Part shown: positions 1 through 10,405 of the stretch, in pieces | How positions within the stretch are numbered: the first letter of the stretch is position 1 | Layout: every line of letters begins with the position of its first letter | From: Escherichia coli | GTDB taxonomy: Bacteria; Pseudomonadota; Gammaproteobacteria; Enterobacterales; Enterobacteriaceae | DNA length: 64,000 nt | NCBI RefSeq assembly: GCF_045037415.1 | Contig: NZ_CP173438.1 | Reading direction: 5' to 3' (one strand) | Notes under the pieces: model-generated | Database searches by the model: none | Seen by the model: the letters and a program-made list of their open reading frames with translations, nothing else | What the model was told of the DNA's origin: nothing | Position numbers and translations under genes: made by a program

Positions 1-265
<265 letters not shown>

Positions 266-397
266 TTAATTAAAACAATGTTTCATTTCCACCGTTATAC
301 GAAAAGATGATCAATTCCGCCAGCCTTAACGCGTGAATTATTGTCTTATCACAACTTATCGGCAGGCGCGTTCCCGCCTTTCGGATCAAGGTCAGCA

Positions 398-991
398 TCA
401 CTCCTTGAGAATAGTTTTTATCGCTTCCCCCGCCAGTGCAGCTGTTGCACAGAGTTGTTCGAGGGAGTGCCCCTCTCGTGCCTTCGCAGAAAGCCCTGAC
501 ATCACGGTACTCATAAAATCAGTCACACATTGTGCGCTTTGTGGATGCCGCCTGGCGATATAGTCATAAATGGTCGTTTCTGCGGCGTGATAATATTGAA
601 CGGCAATATCACGCGCTTGTGGATCATGACTATGAATGCCTTCAAGAACCATACAGCCAGCGCAGCCGCCGTTTTGGCTATATCTGCGCGCCGCTTCTTT
701 TAATACCTCAGCCAGGCACTCCCCTACCGGACGATCATCACGAAGAATATCGGCAAGCGGAATAGCTTCCGTACCGACATATTCATTGAGTACACGGCTA
801 AATAACCCAGCCTTACTGCCAAAAGCCGCGTAGAGACTCGGGGGGTTAATACCAAGATAATCAGTAACTTCAGCAACACTGACAGCATCGAAACCTTTTT
901 GGTGAAAAAGCACTTTTGCCGCAGAGACTGCCTGCTCAGGAGCGAAACGTCTGGGACGACCTGGAACGCGAGATTGTTTTTTAGTGACCAT
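398..991 (-). CDS. bdcR: TetR-family transcriptional regulator BdcR
   Basis: ORF track 197 aa; N-terminal TetR HTH; divergent from bdcA; length matches K-12 protein from memory. Confidence 0.85.
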   Translation of the reverse strand: MVTKKQSRVPGRPRRFAPEQAVSAAKVLFHQKGFDAVSVAEVTDYLGINPPSLYAAFGSKAGLFSRVLNEYVGTEAIPLADILRDDRPVGECLAEVLKEAARRYSQNGGCAGCMVLEGIHSHDPQARDIAVQYYHAAETTIYDYIARRHPQSAQCVTDFMSTVMSGLSAKAREGHSLEQLCATAALAGEAIKTILKE

Positions 992-1061
992 TACAAAACT
1001 TGTTGACAGAAAGTTAAAACAGTTTTGTAATGCATGTTACATAATAAATCAAGGAGTCCTT

Positions 1062-1775
1062 ATGGGCGCTTTTACAGGTAAGACAGTTCTCATCCTCGGT
1101 GGTAGCCGTGGAATAGGTGCCGCTATCGTACGTCGTTTCGTCACCGATGGAGCCAATGTACGATTCACCTATGCGGGGTCGAAAGATGCCGCTGAACGCC
1201 TGGCACATGAGACTGGAGCGACAGCAGTATTCACAGATAGTGCTGACAGAGACGCTGTTATTGATGTCGTTCGTAAGAGCGGCGCATTGGATATCCTGGT
1301 GGTAAATGCAGGTATTGGCGTCTTTGGCGATGCCCTGGAATTAAATGCCGACGATATTGATCGCCTTTTCAAAATCAATATTCATGCCCCTTACCATGCC
1401 TCTGTTGAAGCCGCCCGGCAGATGCCCGAAGGCGGGCGCATCTTAATCATCGGCTCCGTGAATGGCGATCGTATGCCTGTTGCAGGCATGGCTGCTTATG
1501 CCGCCAGTAAATCTGCCCTGCAAGGCATGGCGCGCGGGCTGGCCCGTGATTTTGGACCGCGTGGGATCACCATCAACGTCGTCCAGCCAGGGCCAATAGA
1601 TACCGACGCTAATCCCGCCAACGGGCCAATGCGCGATATGTTGCATAGTTTTATGGCTATCAAAAGACATGGGCAACCGGAAGAGGTCGCTGGAATGGTC
1701 GCATGGTTAGCAGGGCCAGAAGCCAGTTTTGTTACCGGCGCGATGCATACCATTGATGGCGCGTTTGGGGCATAA
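1062..1775 (+). CDS. bdcA: Short-chain dehydrogenase/reductase BdcA
   Basis: ORF track frame 984..1775; start moved to internal ATG (MGAFTGKTVLILGGSRGIG) preceded by AAGGAG; 237 aa. Confidence 0.85.
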   Translation: MGAFTGKTVLILGGSRGIGAAIVRRFVTDGANVRFTYAGSKDAAERLAHETGATAVFTDSADRDAVIDVVRKSGALDILVVNAGIGVFGDALELNADDIDRLFKINIHAPYHASVEAARQMPEGGRILIIGSVNGDRMPVAGMAAYAASKSALQGMARGLARDFGPRGITINVVQPGPIDTDANPANGPMRDMLHSFMAIKRHGQPEEVAGMVAWLAGPEASFVTGAMHTIDGAFGA

Positions 1776-1905
1776 CCGACTACGCTCAATTAAGCCCAGC
1801 CATTATCCATGATGTCTGGGTTTTGTTTACTCACGTCGTTCCCTAAAAGCGGCTCCCGGTAAATATAAATCTTCTGTTCATGTCGTAAATCTTGAGGATA
1901 ACCAA

Positions 1906-2301
1906 ATGGTAGAAAGAACCGCTGTTTTCCCTGCTGGCCGACATTCACTGTATGCTGAACATCGTTATTCGGCGGCTATTCGTTCCGGCGATTTGCTGTT
2001 TGTTTCCGGGCAAGTAGGAAGTCGAGAGGACGGAACACCAGAACCCGATTTTCAGCAACAAGTCAGACTGGCATTTGATAATTTGCATGCGACCCTGGCA
2101 GCTGCGGGATGCACTTTTGACGATATCATTGATGTTACGAGCTTTCATACCGATCCGGAAAAACAATTTGAAGACATCATGACGGTCAAAAATGAAATAT
2201 TTAGCGCCCCTCCTTATCCAAACTGGACGGCGGTGGGCGTTACCTGGCTGGCAGGCTTTGATTTTGAAATTAAAGTGATAGCGCGCATCCCTGAGCTGTA
2301 A
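1906..2301 (+). CDS. yjgH: RidA/YjgF-family protein YjgH
   Basis: ORF track 131 aa; position upstream of pyrL; RidA-like sequence. Confidence 0.8.
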   Translation: MVERTAVFPAGRHSLYAEHRYSAAIRSGDLLFVSGQVGSREDGTPEPDFQQQVRLAFDNLHATLAAAGCTFDDIIDVTSFHTDPEKQFEDIMTVKNEIFSAPPYPNWTAVGVTWLAGFDFEIKVIARIPEL

Positions 2302-2581
2302 GCAATAGTGTTAGCCGTTCGTTTTCACACTCCGCCGTATAAGTCGGATGAATGGAATAAAATGCATATCTGATTGCGTGAAAGTGAAAAAGAAAAAAGC
2401 AGGAAATGTCTGCAATTATTGATACCGAACGACAGTTCTCTTCCAGAATCAAAGCAAATAAAAATGCATACATTTTGACTTTTAATTCAAATAAACCGTT
2501 TGCGCTGACAAAATATTGCATCAAATGCTTGCACCGCTTCTGGCTATGAGTATAATGCCGGACAATTTGCCGGGAGGATGT

Positions 2582-2716
2582 ATGGTTCAGTGTGTTCGAC
2601 ATTTTGTCTTACCGCGTCTGAAAAAAGACGCTGGCCTGCCGTTTTTCTTCCCGTTGATCACCCATTCCCAGCCCCTCAATCGAGGGGCTTTTTTTTGCCC
2701 AGGCGTCAGGAGATAA
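2582..2716 (+). CDS. pyrL: pyrBI operon leader peptide
   Basis: Last 44 codons of ORF 2516..2716 (MVQCVRHFVLPRLKKDAGLPFFFPLITHSQPLNRGAFFCPGVRR), ends 4 nt before pyrB. Confidence 0.8.
   Translation: MVQCVRHFVLPRLKKDAGLPFFFPLITHSQPLNRGAFFCPGVRR
2671..2696 (+). terminator. pyrBI attenuator: GC hairpin (gcccctc aatc gaggggc) followed by T8
   Basis: Hairpin plus U-run inside the pyrL coding region, directly upstream of pyrB. Confidence 0.7.
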
Positions 2717-2719
2717 AAG

Positions 2720-3655
2720 ATGGCTAATCCGCTATATCAGAAACATATCATTTCCATAAACGACCTTAGTCGCGATGACCTTAATCTGGTGCTGGCGACA
2801 GCGGCGAAACTGAAAGCAAACCCGCAACCAGAGCTGTTGAAGCACAAAGTCATTGCCAGCTGTTTCTTCGAAGCCTCTACCCGTACCCGCCTCTCTTTCG
2901 AAACATCTATGCACCGCCTGGGTGCCAGCGTGGTGGGCTTCTCCGACAGCGCCAATACATCACTGGGTAAAAAGGGCGAAACGCTGGCCGATACCATTTC
3001 GGTTATCAGCACTTACGTCGATGCGATAGTGATGCGTCATCCGCAGGAAGGTGCGGCGCGCCTGGCCACCGAGTTTTCCGGCAATGTACCGGTACTGAAT
3101 GCCGGTGATGGCTCCAACCAACATCCGACGCAAACCTTGCTGGACTTATTCACTATTCAGGAAACCCAGGGGCGTCTGGACAATCTCCACGTCGCAATGG
3201 TTGGTGACCTGAAATATGGCCGCACCGTTCACTCCCTGACTCAGGCGTTAGCGAAGTTCGACGGCAACCGTTTTTACTTCATCGCGCCGGACGCGCTGGC
3301 AATGCCGCAATACATTCTGGATATGCTCGATGAAAAAGGGATCGCATGGAGTCTGCACAGCTCTATTGAAGAAGTGATGGCGGAAGTAGACATCCTGTAC
3401 ATGACCCGCGTGCAAAAAGAGCGTCTGGACCCGTCCGAGTACGCCAACGTGAAAGCGCAGTTTGTTCTTCGCGCCAGCGATCTCCACAACGCCAAAGCCA
3501 ATATGAAAGTGCTGCATCCGCTGCCGCGTGTTGATGAGATTGCCACCGATGTGGATAAAACGCCACACGCCTGGTACTTCCAGCAGGCAGGCAACGGGAT
3601 TTTCGCTCGCCAGGCGTTACTGGCACTGGTTCTGAATCGCGATCTGGTACTGTAA
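2720..3655 (+). CDS. pyrB: Aspartate carbamoyltransferase catalytic subunit
   Basis: ORF track 311 aa; STRTR and HPLP motifs. Confidence 0.97.
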
Positions 3656-3667
3656 GGGGAAATAGAG

Positions 3668-4129
3668 ATGACACACGATAATAAATTGCAGGTTGAAGCT
3701 ATTAAACGCGGCACGGTAATTGACCATATCCCCGCCCAGATCGGTTTTAAGCTGTTGAGTCTGTTCAAGCTGACCGAAACGGATCAGCGCATCACCATCG
3801 GTCTGAACTTGCCTTCTGGCGAGATGGGCCGCAAAGATCTGATCAAAATCGAAAATACCTTTTTGAGTGAAGATCAGGTAGATCAACTGGCATTGTATGC
3901 GCCGCAAGCCACGGTTAACCGTATCGACAACTATGAAGTGGTGGGTAAATCGCGCCCCAGTCTGCCAGAGCGCATCGACAATGTGCTGGTCTGCCCGAAC
4001 AGCAACTGTATCAGCCATGCCGAACCGGTTTCTTCCAGCTTTGCCGTGCGAAAACGCGCCAATGACATCGCGCTCAAATGCAAATACTGTGAAAAAGAGT
4101 TTTCCCATAATGTGGTGCTGGCCAATTAA
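3668..4129 (+). CDS. pyrI: Aspartate carbamoyltransferase regulatory subunit
   Basis: ORF track 153 aa; C-terminal Cys cluster (CPNSNC...CKYC). Confidence 0.97.
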
Positions 4130-4146
4130 TTGCGGTTGGTAATAAA

Positions 4147-4178
4147 AGTCTGGCTCCCTATAATGAGCCAGACTTTTT
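4147..4178 (+). terminator. Hairpin (agtctggctc / gagccagact) plus T-run after pyrI; loop contains TATAAT, so may double as ridA promoter -10
   Basis: 10-bp inverted repeat followed by ttttt, 18 nt after pyrI stop. Confidence 0.45.
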
Positions 4179-4201
4179 ACCGCTGTAATAAAGGAGAAAT
4201 C

Positions 4202-4588
4202 ATGAGCAAAACTATCGCGACGGAAAATGCACCGGCAGCTATCGGTCCTTACGTACAGGGCGTTGATCTGGGCAATATGATCATCACCTCCGGTCAGATC
4301 CCGGTAAATCCGAAAACGGGTGAAGTACCGGCAGACGTCGCTGCACAGGCACGTCAGTCGCTGGATAACGTAAAAGCGATCGTCGAAGCCGCTGGCCTGA
4401 AAGTGGGCGACATCGTTAAAACCACCGTGTTTGTGAAAGATCTGAACGACTTCGCTACCGTTAATGCTACCTACGAAGCCTTCTTCACCGAACACAACGC
4501 CACCTTCCCGGCACGTTCTTGCGTTGAAGTCGCCCGTCTGCCGAAAGACGTGAAGATTGAGATCGAAGCGATCGCTGTTCGTCGCTAA
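4202..4588 (+). CDS. ridA: Enamine/imine deaminase RidA (YjgF)
   Basis: ORF track frame 4130..4588; start at MSKTIATENAPAAIGPYVQG after AAGGAG; 128 aa. Confidence 0.93.
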   Translation: MSKTIATENAPAAIGPYVQGVDLGNMIITSGQIPVNPKTGEVPADVAAQARQSLDNVKAIVEAAGLKVGDIVKTTVFVKDLNDFATVNATYEAFFTEHNATFPARSCVEVARLPKDVKIEIEAIAVRR

Positions 4589-4644
4589 TCTTGATGGAAA
4601 TCCGGGCTATCATGCCCGGATTAAGTCTGATGACAAACGCAAAA

Positions 4645-4735
4645 TCGCCTGATGCGCTACGCTTATCAGGCCTACGTGATTCCTGCAATTTATTGAATTT
4701 GTTGGCCGGATAAGGCATTTACGCCGCATCCGGCA
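4645..4735. repeat. REP (repetitive extragenic palindrome) units
   Basis: gcctgatgcgctacgcttatcaggcctac and gccggataaggcatttacgccgcatccggc motifs between ridA and mgtA 3' ends. Confidence 0.6.
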
Positions 4736-4793
4736 TGAACAAAGCTTACTTTGTCTGCAATCTGAATCGGGGCTATCGTGCCCAGTTTATTCT

Positions 4794-7490
4794 TTATTGC
4801 CAGCCGTAACGACGGCTATAGAACCCTTTCACCAACTGGGTTAATGTCATATACCCTGCCAGAATCGCAACCAGCCACGGGAAATAGCTTAACGGCAGCG
4901 CCTGTAATTGCAGATAACTGGCCAGCGGTGAAAACGGCAATGCGATCCCGACAATCATCACGATCACGGTCATGATCATTAACGGCCACGATGCACAGCT
5001 CTGAATAAACGGCACACGGCGGGTGCGGATCATATGCACAATCAGCGTTTGCGACAGTAAGCCCACCACAAACCATCCCGACTGGAACAGCGTTTGCGTT
5101 TCCGGCGTGTTGGCATGGAATACCCACCACATCAGGCAAAACGTCAGAATATCGAAGATCGAGCTGATCGGTCCGAAGAAGATCATAAAGCGCCCCAGAT
5201 CCGCCGGGTTCCAACGCTGCGGCTTTTGAATTTGCTCGTCGTCGACGTTATCAAACGGGATCGCCACCTGTGACACATCATACAGCAGGTTCTGAATAAG
5301 CAAGTGTAACGGCAACATCGGCAGGAAGGGCAAGAAAGCACTCGCCACCAGCACGCTGAACACATTACCGAAGTTGGAGCTCGCCGTCATTTTGATGTAT
5401 TTCAGCATGTTGGCGAAAGTGCGACGTCCTTCAATAACCCCCTCTTCCAGCACCATCAGGCTTTTTTCCAGCAGGATGATATCAGCCGCTTCACGGGCAA
5501 TATCTACCGCGCCGTCCACAGAAATGCCGATATCCGCAGCGCGTAAGGCGGGCGCATCATTAATACCATCGCCCATAAAGCCAACCACATGCCCTTCGCG
5601 CTTCAGTAAGGTCACAATGCGTTCTTTATGCATCGGCGTCAGACGAGCAAACAGCGTGGTACGCTGTGCGAGATTTGCCAGTTCGTCGTCAGATAGCGTT
5701 TCAATATCACTACCAATGACCACCTCTCCCGCGTCCAGCCCCACTTCATGGCACACTTTCGCTGCAACTAACTCACTGTCGCCAGTAAGGATTTTTACGG
5801 TAATTCCACTCGCTTTTAATGCCTTCAGTGCCGGAGCAGTTGTCTCTTTCGGCGGATCAAGGAAAGCAATATATCCTTCGAGGATCAGGTCGGATTCATC
5901 CGCCCGCTGGTAATCTCCTTCACGCGCTGGCAGGTATTTCGTCGCCACCGCAACCACGCGCAGCCCCTGACGATTCAGCGTATCAGTAACCCGCTTAATC
6001 TTACGCAGCATGATGTCATCGAGCGGCACAATCTCGCCATTGTGACGCACCTGCGAACACACATTGAGGATTTCCTGCAATGCACCTTTGCAAACCAGCT
6101 GATGGTGCTCGGTATTTTCTGCCACTACCACCGACATCCGGCGACGCTCGAAATCAAACGGAATCTCATCGATTTTTTGCCAACGACTGGCCAGCGAGCG
6201 CGCTGACTCTTCATCCGTACCTTCGAGCACCGCTGTATCGAGCAGGTTTTTAAGTCCGGTCTGATAATGACTGTTCAACCACGCGCTATGCAGCACGCGT
6301 TCGCTGGTTTTACCGGAGATATCGGTATGATTCTCCAGCACAATTTTGTCCTGTGTCAGGGTGCCAGTTTTATCAGTGCACAGAATATCCATTGCGCCAA
6401 AGTTCTGAATAGCATCCAGATGTTTGACGATCACTTTCTGTTTCGACAGCTTTACTGCGCCGCGCGCCAGCGTCGAGGTAACAATCATCGGCAACATTTC
6501 CGGCGTTAAGCCTACCGCGACCGAAAGCGCAAACAGTGCCGCTTCCCACCAGTCGCCTTTGGTGTAACCATTGATTAACAGCACCACCGGAGCCATCACC
6601 AGCATAAAGCGAATCAGCAGCATACTGACGCGGCTGATCCCTTGCTGAAAGGCATTCGGCTCGCTTTCCTGCTCACTAACACGCCCCGCCAGTTGACCAA
6701 ACCAGGTATTGGCACCTGTAGCAATCACCATTGCTTGTGCCGTGCCGCTCACCACGGTGGTGCCCATAAAACACAGGGTGTCGCACTCCAGCGGATTGCT
6801 GTGCTCCGGCTGGCGAGTGGTAGCTGCTTTTTCTACGGGCAGAGACTCACCGGTTAACGACGCCTGAGCGACGAACAGATCCCGCGCCTGCAAGATACGT
6901 AAATCTGCCGGGATCATATCCCCCGCCGCCAGTTTTATAATATCGCCGGGCACCAGCTGGTCGATCGGGATCTCCAGCCAGCCATTTTCGCCTTTGTCGT
7001 TAATTACGCGCAGCACCGTCGCAGTATTGCTGACCATCGCTTTCAGGGCATCTGCCGCTTTAGTGGAACGTGCTTCCTGAATAAAGTTCAGCAACGTAGA
7101 AATAGCGACCATTAGCGCGATAACGCCCGCGGCAAATAAATCTTCCGTGGCGTAAGAAATAGCGCCGAGAATGGTGAGTAAAATATTAAATGGGTTGCGA
7201 TAGCAGACCCATAAATGTACCCACCACGGCGACGGTTGTTGTGCGGGTAATTTATTTTCACCATGTTGTTCGCGGGCAGATTCCACTTCCGCCTGATTTA
7301 ACCCTTCCGGATGGGTGTCGAACGTTTTCCATAATTCTTCTTCGGGCATCACCGCCATTTTCAGGCAATGCGCACTTAAGGACGGCGGGACCGCCGTATT
7401 CACTGTCTGCTGCGCGCCAGGCAATGGATCGCGATGAACCAGACGGGAAGGTAAATGGCGAATGAGCCGGGTAAAAATTTCTTTAAACAT
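4794..7490 (-). CDS. mgtA: Mg2+-importing P-type ATPase
   Basis: ORF track 898 aa; P-type ATPase motifs (DKTGTLT, GDGINDAPAL). Confidence 0.97.
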   Translation of the reverse strand: MFKEIFTRLIRHLPSRLVHRDPLPGAQQTVNTAVPPSLSAHCLKMAVMPEEELWKTFDTHPEGLNQAEVESAREQHGENKLPAQQPSPWWVHLWVCYRNPFNILLTILGAISYATEDLFAAGVIALMVAISTLLNFIQEARSTKAADALKAMVSNTATVLRVINDKGENGWLEIPIDQLVPGDIIKLAAGDMIPADLRILQARDLFVAQASLTGESLPVEKAATTRQPEHSNPLECDTLCFMGTTVVSGTAQAMVIATGANTWFGQLAGRVSEQESEPNAFQQGISRVSMLLIRFMLVMAPVVLLINGYTKGDWWEAALFALSVAVGLTPEMLPMIVTSTLARGAVKLSKQKVIVKHLDAIQNFGAMDILCTDKTGTLTQDKIVLENHTDISGKTSERVLHSAWLNSHYQTGLKNLLDTAVLEGTDEESARSLASRWQKIDEIPFDFERRRMSVVVAENTEHHQLVCKGALQEILNVCSQVRHNGEIVPLDDIMLRKIKRVTDTLNRQGLRVVAVATKYLPAREGDYQRADESDLILEGYIAFLDPPKETTAPALKALKASGITVKILTGDSELVAAKVCHEVGLDAGEVVIGSDIETLSDDELANLAQRTTLFARLTPMHKERIVTLLKREGHVVGFMGDGINDAPALRAADIGISVDGAVDIAREAADIILLEKSLMVLEEGVIEGRRTFANMLKYIKMTASSNFGNVFSVLVASAFLPFLPMLPLHLLIQNLLYDVSQVAIPFDNVDDEQIQKPQRWNPADLGRFMIFFGPISSIFDILTFCLMWWVFHANTPETQTLFQSGWFVVGLLSQTLIVHMIRTRRVPFIQSCASWPLMIMTVIVMIVGIALPFSPLASYLQLQALPLSYFPWLVAILAGYMTLTQLVKGFYSRRYGWQ

Positions 7491-7760
7491 AAGGAGTCCC
7501 TCCGCACTGTCTGAAACAGTACAGAAATGTCTTCAGGCGTGGCGAAGCCTTACCTGAAGGTAATAAAGCTGAGCAGGGACGTTAAAACGTCACGGCCTTA
7601 CGCATCCGGTAACGCCGTGAAAAGACGGGCTTACCGGAAAAGTTTTAATCTCCGTCGAGGGAGAGGCGTGGGATCAGGTTCCATATAACCTCCGGTAAGT
7701 GAAAAAAGCGCCGCAAATAATAAGGAGAATCCAATAATATTCGTAGCATCTATGGCGATA
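7491..7760 (-). promoter_or_regulatory. mgtA 5' leader (Mg2+/proline-sensing leader with mgtL)
   Basis: Long untranslated region between mgtA ATG and PhoP box, containing the proline-rich mgtL leader ORF. Confidence 0.6.
7631..7684 (-). CDS. mgtL: mgtA leader peptide MgtL (17 aa, [17 protein letters not shown])
   Basis: Last 17 codons of ORF 7631..7972; proline-rich leader peptide upstream of mgtA. Confidence 0.7.
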
Positions 7761-7777
7761 TAATACCTGCTGGCAAC

Positions 7778-7794
7778 TAAACCAACGATAAACC
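7778..7794 (-). promoter_or_regulatory. PhoP box (GGTTTA-n5-GGTTTA direct repeat) for mgtA promoter
   Basis: Plus strand reads taaacc aacga taaacc; reverse complement matches the PhoP hexamer repeat. Confidence 0.6.
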
Positions 7795-7868
7795 AGACTT
7801 TACCCATTGCTGAATGCACGGGTAAAGTTAGGCTCAAATAATTAAACAACACGTTACAGGACAACAGG

Positions 7869-8816
7869 ATGCAAAATCGGCTGACCATCAAAGACATCGC
7901 ACGCTTAAGCGGCGTGGGGAAATCTACAGTTTCCCGGGTGCTGAATAACGAAAGCGGCGTGAGCCAGCGCACCCGCGAGCGTGTTGAAGCAGTGATGAAT
8001 CAGCATGGATTTTCCCCTTCCCGCTCTGCGCGCGCTATGCGTGGGCAAAGCGATAAAGTGGTCGCCATCATTGTTACCCGTCTGGATTCGTTGTCAGAAA
8101 ATCTCGCCGTTCAAACCATGCTGCCAGCGTTCTATGAACAAGGTTACGACCCAATCATGATGGAAAGTCAGTTTTCCCCACAATTAGTTGCCGAACATTT
8201 GGGGGTGCTGAAACGGCGTAATATCGACGGCGTAGTGCTGTTCGGTTTTACTGGCATAACAGAAGAAATGTTAGCCCACTGGCAGTCATCGCTGGTTCTG
8301 CTGGCGCGTGACGCAAAAGGCTTTGCTTCGGTCTGTTATGACGACGAAGGGGCAATCAAGATCCTGATGCAACGGCTGTATGACCAGGGGCATCGTAATA
8401 TCAGTTATCTCGGCGTGCCGCATAGTGACGTGACAACCGGTAAGCGACGTCACGAAGCCTACCTGGCGTTCTGCAAAGCGCATAAACTGCATCCCGTTGC
8501 CGCTCTGCCAGGGCTTGCTATGAAGCAAGGCTATGAGAACGTGGCAAAAGTGATTACGCCTGAAACTACTGCGTTACTGTGCGCAACCGACACGCTGGCA
8601 CTTGGCGCAAGTAAATACCTGCAAGAGCAACGCATCGACACCTTGCAACTGGCGAGCGTCGGTAATACACCGTTAATGAAATTCCTCCATCCGGAGATCG
8701 TCACCGTAGATCCCGGTTACGCCGAAGCTGGACGCCAGGCGGCCTGCCAATTGATCGCACAGGTAACCGGGCGCAGCGAACCGCAACAAATCATCATCCC
8801 CGCCACCCTGTCCTGA
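7869..8816 (+). CDS. treR: Trehalose operon repressor (LacI family)
   Basis: ORF track 315 aa; N-terminal LacI-type HTH (TIKDIARLSGVGKSTVSRVLN). Confidence 0.95.
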   Translation: MQNRLTIKDIARLSGVGKSTVSRVLNNESGVSQRTRERVEAVMNQHGFSPSRSARAMRGQSDKVVAIIVTRLDSLSENLAVQTMLPAFYEQGYDPIMMESQFSPQLVAEHLGVLKRRNIDGVVLFGFTGITEEMLAHWQSSLVLLARDAKGFASVCYDDEGAIKILMQRLYDQGHRNISYLGVPHSDVTTGKRRHEAYLAFCKAHKLHPVAALPGLAMKQGYENVAKVITPETTALLCATDTLALGASKYLQEQRIDTLQLASVGNTPLMKFLHPEIVTVDPGYAEAGRQAACQLIAQVTGRSEPQQIIIPATLS

Positions 8817-8855
8817 TCGTTTCCTGAACGATAAATTGTGATCTTCGCTGCGTTT

Positions 8856-8869
8856 CGGGAACGTTCCCG
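8856..8869. promoter_or_regulatory. Perfect 14-bp palindrome cgggaacgttcccg, candidate TreR operator upstream of treB
   Basis: Exact palindrome in treR-treB intergenic region. Confidence 0.45.
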
Positions 8870-8934
8870 TTTTTAAATTTTTCCGCGCAATATATTCTGC
8901 AGCCAACCAAAAATGTCATCTGCCATGGGGCTTT

Positions 8935-10356
8935 ATGATGAGCAAAATAAACCAAACGGATATCGATCGGTTGATTGAACTGGTCGGCGGGCGCGGCAAT
9001 ATTGCGACGGTGAGCCACTGTATTACTCGCCTGCGCTTTGTCCTCAACCAACCGGCCAATGCCAGACCGAAAGAAATTGAGCAACTCCCCATGGTGAAAG
9101 GCTGTTTCACCAATGCCGGGCAATTTCAGGTGGTGATTGGCACCAATGTGGGTGATTACTATCAAGCACTGATTGCGTCAACCGGACAGGCGCAGGTTGA
9201 TAAAGAGCAGGTAAAAAAAGCCGCCCGGCAGAATATGAAATGGCATGAGCAGTTGATCTCTCATTTCGCGGAGATCTTCTTCCCGCTGCTGCCCGCGTTG
9301 ATTAGCGGCGGTTTGATCCTCGGTTTTCGCAATGTGATCGGCGATTTGCCCATGAGCAACGGTCAGACGCTGGCGCAAATGTACCCTTCCCTGCAAACGA
9401 TCTACGATTTTCTGTGGTTGATCGGTGAAGCGATCTTCTTCTACCTGCCGGTCGGTATTTGCTGGTCAGCGGTGAAAAAAATGGGCGGCACGCCGATCCT
9501 TGGTATCGTGCTTGGCGTGACACTGGTTTCTCCCCAGCTGATGAACGCTTATCTGCTCGGGCAGCAGCTGCCGGAAGTGTGGGACTTTGGCATGTTCAGC
9601 ATCGCCAAAGTAGGCTATCAGGCGCAGGTGATCCCGGCACTGTTAGCCGGGCTGGCGCTGGGCGTTATTGAAACTCGCCTTAAACGCATCGTGCCGGATT
9701 ACCTCTATCTGGTGGTGGTACCCGTCTGTTCGCTGATCCTCGCGGTGTTCCTCGCCCATGCGCTGATTGGTCCGTTTGGTCGCATGATTGGCGATGGCGT
9801 TGCCTTTGCGGTACGTCACCTGATGACCGGCAACTTTGCTCCGATTGGTGCGGCATTGTTTGGCTTCCTGTACGCGCCGCTGGTGATCACCGGCGTACAC
9901 CAGACCACCCTTGCTATTGATTTGCAGATGATTCAAAGCATGGGTGGCACGCCAGTGTGGCCGCTGATTGCGCTGTCGAATATCGCTCAGGGCTCCGCCG
10001 TGATAGGCATTATCATTTCCAGCCGCAAGCACAATGAACGCGAGATCTCCGTGCCTGCCGCTATCTCCGCCTGGCTTGGGGTCACTGAGCCTGCAATGTA
10101 CGGCATCAACCTGAAATATCGCTTCCCGATGCTGTGCGCGATGATTGGTTCTGGTCTGGCAGGATTGCTATGCGGCCTGAACGGCGTTATGGCGAATGGC
10201 ATCGGCGTAGGCGGCCTGCCGGGAATTCTCTCGATTCAACCGAGCTACTGGCAGGTATTTGCGCTGGCAATGGCTATCGCCATCATCATCCCGATTGTAC
10301 TCACCTCGTTTATCTATCAGCGGAAATACCGCCTGGGCACGCTGGACATTGTTTAA
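8935..10356 (+). CDS. treB: PTS trehalose-specific EIIBC
   Basis: ORF track 473 aa; PTS EIIB Cys motif (VSHCITRLRF) and EIIC membrane domain. Confidence 0.95.
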   Translation: MMSKINQTDIDRLIELVGGRGNIATVSHCITRLRFVLNQPANARPKEIEQLPMVKGCFTNAGQFQVVIGTNVGDYYQALIASTGQAQVDKEQVKKAARQNMKWHEQLISHFAEIFFPLLPALISGGLILGFRNVIGDLPMSNGQTLAQMYPSLQTIYDFLWLIGEAIFFYLPVGICWSAVKKMGGTPILGIVLGVTLVSPQLMNAYLLGQQLPEVWDFGMFSIAKVGYQAQVIPALLAGLALGVIETRLKRIVPDYLYLVVVPVCSLILAVFLAHALIGPFGRMIGDGVAFAVRHLMTGNFAPIGAALFGFLYAPLVITGVHQTTLAIDLQMIQSMGGTPVWPLIALSNIAQGSAVIGIIISSRKHNEREISVPAAISAWLGVTEPAMYGINLKYRFPMLCAMIGSGLAGLLCGLNGVMANGIGVGGLPGILSIQPSYWQVFALAMAIAIIIPIVLTSFIYQRKYRLGTLDIV

Positions 10357-10405
10357 TTTTCTTCGGGGCGCAATTGCGCCCCCTCGCATTTGCAGGAATA
10401 ACGTA

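Noticed and set aside
2516-2716. 66-aa ORF upstream of pyrB
   Set aside because: Trimmed to the 44-codon pyrL leader; the upstream extension overlaps the promoter.
3617-4495. 292-aa ORF antisense to pyrI/ridA
   Set aside because: Spans two real genes on the opposite strand and their intergenic terminator; implausible as a gene.
7631-7972. 113-aa ORF upstream of mgtA
   Set aside because: Only the last 17 codons (mgtL) are credible; the rest overlaps the treR start and the mgtA promoter/PhoP box.
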